A stretch of 64,000 bases of DNA from an uncultured Bacilli bacterium (lineage in GTDB: Bacteria; Bacillota_I; Bacilli_A; RF39; UBA660), in assembly GCA_910577505.1 (NCBI GenBank), contig CAJTLN010000002.1:114740-178739 (forward strand), read 5' to 3'. Below the pieces are notes generated by a model. The model ran no database searches and was not told where the DNA came from. It saw nothing but the letters and a program-made list of their open reading frames with translations. How positions within the stretch are numbered: position 1 is the stretch's first letter; each line of letters starts with the position of its first letter. This document shows, one piece after another, positions 1 through 8,627 of this stretch. Both the position numbers and the translations under genes were made by a program.

Positions 1-467
1 TCTAAGAATGCTTCAGATTCAATATCACCGATTGTTCCACCAATTTCAGTGATTATGATATCAGCGTTTGATGTATGAGCTGCTTCATAAATACGTGCTT
101 TGATTTCATTAGTTACATGTGGAACTATTTGAACTGTTCCACCTAAAAAGTCACCACGACGTTCTTTTTCAATAACGGAAGCAAAAACTTTACCCATCGT
201 CATATTAGATGTGTAGTTTAATTCCTCATCAATGTAACGTTCATAGTGACCTAAATCTAAGTCAGTTTCAGATCCATCAGCTGTTACGAAAACTTCACCA
301 TGTTGATATGGTGACATTGTTCCAGGGTCAACATTAATATATGGATCAAATTTTTGCATGAATACTTTATATCCACGACTTTTTAATAATAGTGCAATAG
401 ATGAAGCTGTTATTCCTTTGCCAAGACCAGAAACAACTCCGCCTGTTACGAATACATATTTAGCCAT
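1..467 (-). CDS. pyrG: CTP synthase, N-terminal part (gene runs off the window start)
   Basis: Reverse-strand translation from ATG (complement of 465-467) gives [35 protein letters not shown]...[21 protein letters not shown]..., the canonical PyrG N-terminus. An RBS lies upstream on the - strand. Confidence 0.9.
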   Translation of the reverse strand, partial: MAKYVFVTGGVVSGLGKGITASSIALLLKSRGYKVFMQKFDPYINVDPGTMSPYQHGEVFVTADGSETDLDLGHYERYIDEELNYTSNMTMGKVFASVIEKERRGDFLGGTVQIVPHVTNEIKARIYEAAHTSNADIIITEIGGTIGDIESEAFL

Positions 468-640
468 TTTTCATACCTCCTTACCAAATAAAAAAAGCTA
501 ATAGCGAGAACGACTATAGGCTCTCTTAAATTATATCACTAAAATATGCATAATAAATAAAAAAAATAATAAAATGTAAAATAGTGACTAAACTTTAATA
601 TAATTTTATGATATTATATTAATAATAAGGGCGTGGTTAG

Positions 641-2044
641 ATGATATGTCGAAATTGTGGTGTTAAACTTAACGAGGAAATTAAGAAATGTCCTTTTTGT
701 GGAACGAATCTTGATAAGTCAGAAGTAGTTGAGTTAGATTCAAAATCAGGTGAAATGGATTTAGAATTACCTATTTTAAAAAATGATGAAGAAATAGTTG
801 AAATTGATGATACAGATTATAATTTAACTGATAATGATTTTGAAATCGAATTAGATGAAAATGATGATAAAGATTTTGATGATAATATTGATATAGATGA
901 ACCAGCTATTGATAATAGTATATCTTTAGAAAAGACTAGAAGCATTTCAATGCTAGAAGACTCACAAGAACTAAATGATTTTTCTTTAATAGATGATATA
1001 AATAAACAAATTGAAAGTGTTAATGAAGAGGCAGAAGAAGCTACTGATGATAGAAAAGAAATTGAAATCGTAGAAGAAGAAAATCTTCCTGAAGATGAAA
1101 AAGAAAATGGGGAAGATCTAACTACTGATGCCAGTTTAAAGAAGAGAAAGAAAATATTAATTTTAACAGGGATTTTTTCACTTATTTTAGTTTTAATGAT
1201 ATTTGTAGGTTTATATGTATATAGTAAAACCGATAAAAAAAATATTGGTGATAATTATGTAGATGAAATGTCAAAAGCATTAGATAGTTATTATAATGGT
1301 GGAGATATTGATGATGTAATATATGTATTAGAAGATGTCAAAAAAGATCCAGATAAAATAAAAGAGGTTCAAGCTAAAACAAGAACAATTTGCGATAGTT
1401 GGGTATTATTATACTTTGATGAAAAAATAAATAATAGAGCTGAGTTTGATGAAATAAGTGTTAAATATAAAGATTTGTTAAATGGATTACATTCTTATGC
1501 AATAGTAAAAAATAATAATATTAGAATTAAGGCATTAACTGATACTGATTATGATGAATTATTAAAACAAGTTGATGATATTTATAGTGATAGTACAATA
1601 TTTTTTGATGCATTAGCTTATTATAATGAGAAAGATTATAATAGGGCTTATTATGATTTTGATAAAATAGAAGATGATAATAAATACTATGAAAAAGCTA
1701 TATCTTATAAAAGTATGATAATATCTAATATTTTGGATTTAATGAAAAATGATATTAAAAAGATAGAAGCTGGAATGGATGATTTAACTGATAATGAAAA
1801 ATTACAAAAATATGCACATATAGAAAGTATTATATTTGAATATAATAATGTTTATGTAAGTGTTAATCTTAGTGATGACAATACATATCAAGAATTATTG
1901 AGTACATATACTAGTAAAGTATCAGAGTATACGGATAAGGTTTCAAGCAGTAATGAAAATAAATTAAATGATAAAAATAATGAAAAAGAAGAGAATAGAA
2001 TTGATGAAAATCAAGAATTAAATGAAGAAGAAAAAAGTGAATAA
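641..2044 (+). CDS. hypothetical membrane protein: N-terminal zinc-ribbon (CxxC...CxxC), acidic low-complexity linker, one TM helix, C-terminal extracytoplasmic domain
   Basis: ORF of 467 aa. MICRNCGVKL...KKCPFCGTNL is a zinc-ribbon. A D/E-rich stretch follows, then the hydrophobic helix ILILTGIFSLILVLMIFVGLYVY. No recognisable catalytic motif. Confidence 0.5.
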   Translation: MICRNCGVKLNEEIKKCPFCGTNLDKSEVVELDSKSGEMDLELPILKNDEEIVEIDDTDYNLTDNDFEIELDENDDKDFDDNIDIDEPAIDNSISLEKTRSISMLEDSQELNDFSLIDDINKQIESVNEEAEEATDDRKEIEIVEEENLPEDEKENGEDLTTDASLKKRKKILILTGIFSLILVLMIFVGLYVYSKTDKKNIGDNYVDEMSKALDSYYNGGDIDDVIYVLEDVKKDPDKIKEVQAKTRTICDSWVLLYFDEKINNRAEFDEISVKYKDLLNGLHSYAIVKNNNIRIKALTDTDYDELLKQVDDIYSDSTIFFDALAYYNEKDYNRAYYDFDKIEDDNKYYEKAISYKSMIISNILDLMKNDIKKIEAGMDDLTDNEKLQKYAHIESIIFEYNNVYVSVNLSDDNTYQELLSTYTSKVSEYTDKVSSSNENKLNDKNNEKEENRIDENQELNEEEKSE

Positions 2045-2067
2045 GACTTATAAAAAGTCTTTTTTTC
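2043..2067 (+). terminator. rho-independent terminator
   Basis: aagactt-ataaa-aagtctt hairpin followed by a T6 run immediately after the stop codon. Confidence 0.6.
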
Positions 2068-2113
2068 TGTAAAAAAATTACAATTTATTGTATACTAATT
2101 ATAGGTGATAAAA

Positions 2114-3340
2114 ATGGAATTTACTGAACTTAAAGAAAAAGAATTTATGGAATTTGTAAATTCTAGACCAGAAAAGAATTTTTTTCAAACTATTATGATG
2201 AAAAAGAGAATAGAACTTGATGGTTATGAAGTTTATTTAGTTGGTGTTAAAGAAAAGAACAAAATTGTGGCTGCTAGTTTAATTGCAGAGACTGGACATT
2301 CTTTTATGGGAAAAAGAACTTTTGAAGCTTATAAAGGTTTTATTATGGATTATAGTAATAAAGAGCTTTTAGACTTTATGACTTTAGAAGTAAAAAAATT
2401 CTTAAAAGAAAAAAATGGTTTAAGATTAATAATAGATCCTTATATACCTAATGTTTCTAGAGATATGGATGCAAACATAATAGATGGTATAGATAATAGA
2501 CAAATAAAGGATTACTTATATAAATTAGGATATAAAGATCATGATGGAGCACAAGTAAAATGGTGTTATTGCTTAGACATAAATGGGAAAAAAAGCGATG
2601 AATTATTTAATGATTTTAGAAGTAGTACAAGAAATAACATAAGTAGAACGATATCTAAATTTAAATTAGAAATAAAAACTTTAAAGAAAGATGAACTTTC
2701 AGAGTTTAAAAAAGTTACTAGTGATACTTGTGATAGAAGAAGTTTTAGTGATAAAACATTAAAGTATTATGAAGAAATGTATGATTGTTTTGGAGACGAT
2801 GTTACATTTAAAATATGTCAGTTGAATTGTGATACATATATTAATTATTTAGAAGAAGAAACAACAGAAATGGTTAGAAGAATAAACGAGTTATCTGATT
2901 CTGCTTCTAATAAGAAGAAAAAAGAACAAATGAAAAAAGACATAGAGAATAATAAAAAGAAAGTAGAAGAAACTAAAAAATTAAAAGATGAAAAAGGTAA
3001 TATTATTCCACTTTCTGCAGCAATGTTTATTATGTATGGAGATGAAATAGTTTATTTGTTTAGTGGTTCATATGCTGAATTAATGAATTTTTGTGGTCAA
3101 TATAGATTACAATGGGAGATTATTAAATATGCAGCTGATAATGGATATAAAAGGTATAATTTTTATGGCATACAGGATGTATTTAATCCAGAAGGTAAAG
3201 ATAGAGGAGTTTATGAATTTAAAAAAGGTTTTGGTGGTTATGTAGAAGAGCTTCTTGGTTCTTTTGAAATAACAGTAAGTCCTATTAATAATCTATATGA
3301 ATTTTTAAGAAAAGTAAAAAAAGTGATTAAAAGAGGATAA
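2114..3340 (+). CDS. FemAB-family aminoacyltransferase (peptidoglycan interpeptide-bridge formation, FemA/FemB/FemX-like)
   Basis: Matches S. aureus FemA across the length. N-terminal MEFTELKEKEF...FFQT...GYEVYLVGVK aligns with FemA MKFTNLTAKEF...FTQT...GYETHLVGIK. LIIDPYIP aligns with LHIDPYLP. The central K/E-rich coiled-coil insert is present. C-terminal GSYAELMNFCGQYRLQWEIIKYAADNGYKRYNFYGI and GVYEFKKGFGGYVEE align with FemA GSYAVQWEMINYALNHGIDRYNFYGV and GVVKFKKGY. The ATG at 2114 has RBS taggtga; the tracked ORF starts at an upstream GTG. Confidence 0.85.
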   Translation: MEFTELKEKEFMEFVNSRPEKNFFQTIMMKKRIELDGYEVYLVGVKEKNKIVAASLIAETGHSFMGKRTFEAYKGFIMDYSNKELLDFMTLEVKKFLKEKNGLRLIIDPYIPNVSRDMDANIIDGIDNRQIKDYLYKLGYKDHDGAQVKWCYCLDINGKKSDELFNDFRSSTRNNISRTISKFKLEIKTLKKDELSEFKKVTSDTCDRRSFSDKTLKYYEEMYDCFGDDVTFKICQLNCDTYINYLEEETTEMVRRINELSDSASNKKKKEQMKKDIENNKKKVEETKKLKDEKGNIIPLSAAMFIMYGDEIVYLFSGSYAELMNFCGQYRLQWEIIKYAADNGYKRYNFYGIQDVFNPEGKDRGVYEFKKGFGGYVEELLGSFEITVSPINNLYEFLRKVKKVIKRG

Positions 3341-3417
3341 TTTTTATTATTCTTTTTTCTTTGTTTATTTATAAAGTTATGAGATAATGAGTATAGAAAT
3401 GATATGAAGTGATAGAT

Positions 3418-4107
3418 ATGGATAAGTATAAAATTTCATTTTATGTGTTGATGTTATTAATGATTTTTTTAATTGGTTTTAAATTGTGTGTTAATTTAAA
3501 AAATGAAGATAAGAATGAAATTAAGAGTAATTTAGAAGATGTACAAATTGGAAACTATATTATAAAAAAGAATAATAATTTTTCTTATCATAATACCAGT
3601 GAAAGAAATAAAAAAATAGAGTACATTGTAATTCATTATACAGGAGCAGAAACAAGTGCTTTATCATATGTGGAATTTTTTAATAATCCTTTATCTACGG
3701 ATGCTAGTGCAGATTATTTTGTAGATTATAATGGAGATATTTATCAATATAATTTAGATATTGATAATAGATATAGTTGGGCTGTTGGTGGAGATAATGA
3801 AAATAGTTTAGGCGGAAGTTTATATGGTATTGTAAACAATGAAAATAGTATAAGTATAGAACTTTGTGTAAGAAGTAATGGAGCTAAGGATGCAAATATG
3901 TATGGCTGGAGTTTTAACTCTGTAACTTTAGAAGCAAGTATTGAATTAGTTAAATATTTAATGGAAAAATATGGTATTTCAATTGATAATGTTATAAGAC
4001 ATTATGACGTGAATGGTAAGCTTTGTCCTGGAATTATTGGATGGAACGAAGATAGCGGTAGTGTAAATGAGTGGGAAAAGTTTAAAACAATGATATCTTT
4101 ACAATAA
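3418..4107 (+). CDS. N-acetylmuramoyl-L-alanine amidase (Amidase_2 / PGRP domain), N-terminally membrane-anchored
   Basis: N-terminal TM helix. YIVIHYTG...SADYFVD.NG.IYQ...SWAVGG...NSISIELC...VIRHYDVNGKLCPG are the conserved Amidase_2 motifs. Confidence 0.7.
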   Translation: MDKYKISFYVLMLLMIFLIGFKLCVNLKNEDKNEIKSNLEDVQIGNYIIKKNNNFSYHNTSERNKKIEYIVIHYTGAETSALSYVEFFNNPLSTDASADYFVDYNGDIYQYNLDIDNRYSWAVGGDNENSLGGSLYGIVNNENSISIELCVRSNGAKDANMYGWSFNSVTLEASIELVKYLMEKYGISIDNVIRHYDVNGKLCPGIIGWNEDSGSVNEWEKFKTMISLQ

Positions 4108-4188
4108 AATAAATATTTGTTATTCTATTATTAAGATAATAGTTGAATGTTATATGAAAAAAGTATTTGTAAATCTAAGGTGAATTTT

Positions 4189-5688
4189 ATGAAAAAGTTA
4201 TTGTGGTTTTTAGTTATATTAGTAAGTTTTATTGAAATAGTATATGCGGATGAATTTCCATTAATAAAGGATAGAGAAGTTGCTAGAGTTGAAATAAATG
4301 ATGAACTTTGGTTTACACCAGATCGTGTTCTTTATGAATTTGGTGAAAAATATTTCGTTTATGATTTTTTTCATACTAATTACATAACAATAGGAGAAAG
4401 ACCTAATTGGCGAGGAGATTCTTTAAAAAAATACACTTTTTATGATAAGAATTGGAAAGAAATTTTAGAACATTCTAATTCTAATTTTTTTGAAGGAGAT
4501 GGTAATTATTTTATAGTCAATAATAAGATTTATAATTTTTTCTATGATTATGTACTGAATATGACAGTTTATGATGAAGATTTTCAATTTAAGACCTACA
4601 CTTTAGATTTTTGGGATGATGTGGTACCTTATGATTTTGGTATAGTAGATGTTATAGCCGATGAAAGCAATATTTATATATTATTGAAAGACATAGATCT
4701 TTATAAAGAAATTAGATTGTATGATGATAATTCTAAATATGAAATATTTGATTTAGATTTGATAGAAGTTAAAGAAAGATTTCCAGAATATTATTATAGA
4801 TATAAAAAGATGAGTGAATCATATTTTATAGTTGGTAATAATATTTATGCCTTTTATAATGATGATGAAATGAAAATGACAATTTATAAAGAAAATTCCA
4901 ACCTTGAAATTTATAATTTAGATTTTTGGGATGATGTGGTACCTTATGATTTTGGCATAGTAGATGTTATAGCTGATGAAAGCAATATTTATATATTATT
5001 GAAAGACGCAGATATTTTTAAAGAAGTCAGATTATATGATGGTAATTCTAAATATGAAATATTTGATTTAGACTTGTTGGAAGTGGAAGAAAGATTTCCA
5101 AAATATTACAATGAAGGTAATCAAAGGGCTACTGAAGAAGTGTATTATGATTGTGTCGGTAATGATGCAGTAATAAGCGGAGATATATTAGTTTATATAG
5201 AGAATGGTAATGAAAAATTTAGAATAAAAAATGAAAAATATAAAAAATATGGTCAAGCACGAAAATATAATAATTTGATTATATCTATTGCTTATAAAGG
5301 TGACTCTTTTAAAAGTGATATTTTGTTTTATGATTTAAATGGTAACCTTATTGGAACTTTTGAACATAACGCTTATGATATTGATTTATTATTTAAGAAT
5401 AATCAACTAGTTGTAGCTACATTATATGTGGATGGAATATGCGATATTTTTACCGAAGGTTATTATTCTTATAATCATAATTGCTCTAGTGTTCTAATGA
5501 ATGAAATTTATGATTTAAAGCCTGAATTTTTGGGCATGGCATTAGGAACAAGTATAGAAGAAAAACCTGATATAGTAACTAATCCTGACACTTTAGGTAT
5601 GATTAATAGAATTATAATGCTTTGTTTTATAACTTCTATTGTTATTACAATATGTGTATTAGTTAAAAAGAAATTTAAGATAATATAA
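4189..5688 (+). CDS. secreted Tyr/Asp-rich surface protein, paralog A1, with sortase-like C-terminal sorting signal (NPDTLG + hydrophobic helix + KKKFKII)
   Basis: Start MKKLLWFLVILVSFIEIVYA (signal peptide) with RBS aaggtga. Contains an internal 105-aa tandem duplication. The C-terminal conserved core RFGQAK.YN.LII.I.YK...DILFYDLNGNL...EHNAYD.D.L..NNQLVVA.LYVDGIC is shared with 6308..7189 and 8628..9899. It ends ...NPDTLGMINRIIMLCFITSIVITICVLVKKKFKII. Confidence 0.6.
   Translation: MKKLLWFLVILVSFIEIVYADEFPLIKDREVARVEINDELWFTPDRVLYEFGEKYFVYDFFHTNYITIGERPNWRGDSLKKYTFYDKNWKEILEHSNSNFFEGDGNYFIVNNKIYNFFYDYVLNMTVYDEDFQFKTYTLDFWDDVVPYDFGIVDVIADESNIYILLKDIDLYKEIRLYDDNSKYEIFDLDLIEVKERFPEYYYRYKKMSESYFIVGNNIYAFYNDDEMKMTIYKENSNLEIYNLDFWDDVVPYDFGIVDVIADESNIYILLKDADIFKEVRLYDGNSKYEIFDLDLLEVEERFPKYYNEGNQRATEEVYYDCVGNDAVISGDILVYIENGNEKFRIKNEKYKKYGQARKYNNLIISIAYKGDSFKSDILFYDLNGNLIGTFEHNAYDIDLLFKNNQLVVATLYVDGICDIFTEGYYSYNHNCSSVLMNEIYDLKPEFLGMALGTSIEEKPDIVTNPDTLGMINRIIMLCFITSIVITICVLVKKKFKII
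4540..5170 (+). repeat. in-frame tandem duplication, two ~315-bp units, ~95% nucleotide identity in the core (4603-4800 vs 4918-5115)
   Basis: ttagatttttgggatgatgtggtaccttatgattttgg.atagtagatgttatagc.gatgaaagcaatatttatatattattgaaagac... occurs twice 315 bp apart. The encoded LDFWDDVVPYDFGIVDVIADESNIYILLKD...YEIFDLDL.EV.ERFP.YY is duplicated. Confidence 0.85.
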
Positions 5689-5712
5689 AACTTCCAATTG
5701 GAAGTTTTTTTG
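5687..5712 (+). terminator. rho-independent terminator
   Basis: aacttcc-aatt-ggaagtt hairpin followed by a T-run right after the stop. Confidence 0.65.
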
Positions 5713-5882
5713 TCAATATTATAAATATAAGAAATATTTTATTTACTTAATTTTTTTATTATGATATTCTTTAATCAATATATACAAAGTAAGTTAAAGA
5801 ATACTTTTCATCATATAGCTCATCATTTTATTAAATTTATGCTCTTTAATTCTTTTATGTATATAATAAAGGAGATTAAAAT

Positions 5883-6311
5883 ATGAAGAAGATTTTTTTA
5901 ATAATTTTATTATTCTTTGCGTTTGCTAATCTTGTTTTTGCGGAAGATGTTCCTTTAAAAAGAAACAAAGAAGTTGCTAGATCTGAAGTTAAAGATCATT
6001 TTAGATTGCCAGAAAGAAAGCTTTTTTATAATGATAATAAGTATTTTATTATAGATGAGTATGAATATGTAGAAGAAATAGGTGAGCGTGAAATATTACA
6101 TACTGGCGAAATGAATTCATATCTATATGACAATAATTGGAATAAGCAAAATGAACTTGTTGGTATAACATCAAGAGATGTTCGTCTATCTTCTGTTTTT
6201 TATATTGATGATTATTATTATAGTATAAGCCAAAATGCTTATTATTATTTCAGCGATAAATCTGTATTTGAAATAAGTAGAGTAGGTAAAATTTTGATAG
6301 AGATGTTATGA
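5883..6311 (+). CDS. N-terminal (signal peptide) fragment of surface-protein paralog A2; split from the next ORF by an ATGA overlap, possibly a disrupted gene
   Basis: RBS aaaggagat. MKKIFLIILLFFAFANLVFA followed by EDVPLKRNKEVARSEVKD, which is homologous to A1 residues ADEFPLIKDREVARVEIND. Ends at TGA overlapping the next ATG (6308). Confidence 0.45.
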   Translation: MKKIFLIILLFFAFANLVFAEDVPLKRNKEVARSEVKDHFRLPERKLFYNDNKYFIIDEYEYVEEIGEREILHTGEMNSYLYDNNWNKQNELVGITSRDVRLSSVFYIDDYYYSISQNAYYYFSDKSVFEISRVGKILIEML

Positions 6312-7189
6312 AACTTGAATATAATAGGAAGAATTATACTTTAAATATTAATGAGTTATATTTTGAAAATAATGAATATATTTATTTTCTTGTTAATGAA
6401 TTTTATTATGCTTATGTTGAGGGCAAAAACATACGTATTAATGAATTTAGAATATTAAGAATTGATAAAGACTTAAGTGACTATACTTTTTTTGATTTAG
6501 ATGACGAAGAAATTATTAACAATGCTCCAGATTATTTTAATCAGATTATTATACCTAATATAGCATCAGGATTAATAGATGGAGAGAGTAATTATTTTCT
6601 TGAGAATGATAGATTATTGATTAGTGGAGATACTTTAAGTTATTATGATAATCTTGAAAAAAAGTTTGAAATAAGCAGCGAAGATTATGTTAGATTTGGT
6701 CAGGCTAAAGTCTACAATGAATTAATAATTGCTATAGGATATAAAAATTATCCTAGAGGTTATGAGGGTGATTCTGATTCGCAAACTACTGGTCTTAATA
6801 ATAGTGATATTTTGCTTTTTGATTTGGAAGGAAATTTATTATCTAAATATGAACATAATGCTTATGATTTTGACTTTTCTTTGATTGATAATCAATTAAT
6901 AGTAGCTAATTTATATGTAGATGGTATTTGTAAAGGCGAATATAGAAGTGGTGACCTTGGAGGATATTTCTCTTATAATTCTACTTGTAAAGGTACGTTA
7001 CAAAATGAAATTTTTGATTTGGATGCTAAATTTTTAGGTATGGCTGTTAGTGAAGATAAAGTTGTTGACGATATAATAGAAAATCCTGAAACTTTACCTG
7101 ATATTAATGTGATAATTATTTTTAGTTTTATCTTTTCTATTATTATTACTTTTAGTTTATTAGTAAAGTCTAAAATAAAAAGAATATAA
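6308..7189 (+). CDS. C-terminal fragment of surface-protein paralog A2 with NPETLP + hydrophobic helix + KSKIKRI sorting-signal-like end
   Basis: Shares the conserved core RFGQAKVYNELIIAIGYK...DILLFDLEGNLL..YEHNAYDFDFSLIDNQLIVANLYVDGIC with A1 and A3. Ends ENPETLPDINVIIIFSFIFSIIITFSLLVKSKIKRI. Confidence 0.5.
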   Translation: MKLEYNRKNYTLNINELYFENNEYIYFLVNEFYYAYVEGKNIRINEFRILRIDKDLSDYTFFDLDDEEIINNAPDYFNQIIIPNIASGLIDGESNYFLENDRLLISGDTLSYYDNLEKKFEISSEDYVRFGQAKVYNELIIAIGYKNYPRGYEGDSDSQTTGLNNSDILLFDLEGNLLSKYEHNAYDFDFSLIDNQLIVANLYVDGICKGEYRSGDLGGYFSYNSTCKGTLQNEIFDLDAKFLGMAVSEDKVVDDIIENPETLPDINVIIIFSFIFSIIITFSLLVKSKIKRI

Positions 7190-7190
7190 A

Positions 7191-7214
7191 AGCTTCTTAT
7201 TTAGAAGTTTTTCT
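7191..7214 (+). terminator. rho-independent terminator (weak)
   Basis: agcttct-tattt-agaagtt hairpin (one G-U pair) plus a T-run. Confidence 0.45.
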
Positions 7215-7234
7215 TTATTAAAGGAATGGTATTG

Positions 7235-8539
7235 ATGAAAAAGGATATATTGGATAGGATTATTGGAATTTATTATGTTATTTTGATTATTGCTTTATGT
7301 TTTATGGGAGGATTATCTAGTTATGATGTATTTTATAGCGATTTTATATCTAATACGTTGATTGGATTTGGAATTGTAGCTTTAATCTTGTATGTCATTT
7401 ATAGAATTAGGAACAACTCTACAAGATATTGGGATTTGATTATACTTATTATGTCTTTTTTAGGATATCTGTCTTATTATTATGCTTTTGATAAAAAAGT
7501 GGCTTTAAAAGGATTTTTGCTTGGTAGAGAAGGTTTGCTTGTAATTTATACATATTACATGACGTTTTTACTTTCATCAGTTTTAAAAAATACAAAGATG
7601 AAAAATCGTATTTTAATGACTGTTACTATTTGTGGTGCTTTACAGGTTATATATGGTCTATTACAGGTTTTTAGAATATCTAATATATTCGGATTACCAA
7701 TTGTTGGTAATTGGAAATATGCATCTGGATTTGTATTTAATTCTAACTTTTTTGGAAGTTACATGGTTTTACTTAATGGATTATGGATGAGTAGATTTTT
7801 CTTCGATAAAGAGATAAATTATAAAAATTTTTTGATTTTATTTATATTTATAACAGGTTTATTAATTAGTGGCGCCATGAGTGCTGTTGTTGCTTTATTA
7901 GTAATGTTCTGTCTGGTTGTTTTTATCAACGTGATAAATAAACAAAATAATATAAGATTGTTTCTAAGAAAAATTGGCATGTATTTAGTTTCAATTTTAT
8001 TAATTTATTCAGTAATTGTATTATGGACAAAAAGTGATTTAACTAAGGATATAAAAGAATTATATACTCAATCAGTTAGTACAGTTTCTGGTAATGTTGA
8101 TGAATCATTTGGTACTGGAAGAATCTATATTTGGAAAGAAGCTTTGAAGTATTTACCTGATTATATTTATACTGGCATAGGAATAGATAATTTTGCTTAT
8201 ATAGGTCATAGAGATGGAACATATATTTATGATTCTCCTAAGAAAGATAATATTATATATAAAGCACACAATGAGTATTTACAAATATTAGTTACAGAAG
8301 GAATATTTATGTTTGTTACTTATTTGATATTTTTAGGAAGTATTTTTTATACTGGAGTGAAGAATATTAAAAATGAAAAAAATAAGAATTTGATTGTTTG
8401 TTCATTACTTTTAATGTTTATTGGTTATTCAGTACAAGCATTCTTCAATATAAGTATGACGCTTATTGCACCTATATTTTTTATGATTAGTGGAATGCTG
8501 GTGTCTTGTTGTGAGGAGAAAATAGTAAAGGAATGTTAA
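7235..8539 (+). CDS. Wzy_C-domain polytopic membrane protein (O-antigen ligase / O-oligosaccharyltransferase family), paralog W1
   Basis: About 10 predicted TM helices. Large loop with GTGRIYIWKEALKYLPDYIYTGIGIDNFAY...AHNEYLQILVTEGIFMF, matching the Wzy_C signature (R...W...G.G...HN.YL...E.G). ATG 7235 has better RBS spacing than ATG 7226. Confidence 0.7.
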   Translation: MKKDILDRIIGIYYVILIIALCFMGGLSSYDVFYSDFISNTLIGFGIVALILYVIYRIRNNSTRYWDLIILIMSFLGYLSYYYAFDKKVALKGFLLGREGLLVIYTYYMTFLLSSVLKNTKMKNRILMTVTICGALQVIYGLLQVFRISNIFGLPIVGNWKYASGFVFNSNFFGSYMVLLNGLWMSRFFFDKEINYKNFLILFIFITGLLISGAMSAVVALLVMFCLVVFINVINKQNNIRLFLRKIGMYLVSILLIYSVIVLWTKSDLTKDIKELYTQSVSTVSGNVDESFGTGRIYIWKEALKYLPDYIYTGIGIDNFAYIGHRDGTYIYDSPKKDNIIYKAHNEYLQILVTEGIFMFVTYLIFLGSIFYTGVKNIKNEKNKNLIVCSLLLMFIGYSVQAFFNISMTLIAPIFFMISGMLVSCCEEKIVKEC

Positions 8540-8627
8540 TGTCAAAATATGGTTACTTTACATTATAATTTTTTTATGTTATTCTTTTCTTGTAAGATAG
8601 TGTATTTCGTTGTATGAGGTGAATAAA

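Noticed and set aside
7226-7234. Upstream ATG (7226) as start of the Wzy_C gene W1
   Set aside because: The RBS aaagga abuts this ATG with zero spacing. ATG 7235 has ~9-nt spacing and gives the MKKDIL N-terminus, so 7235 was used.
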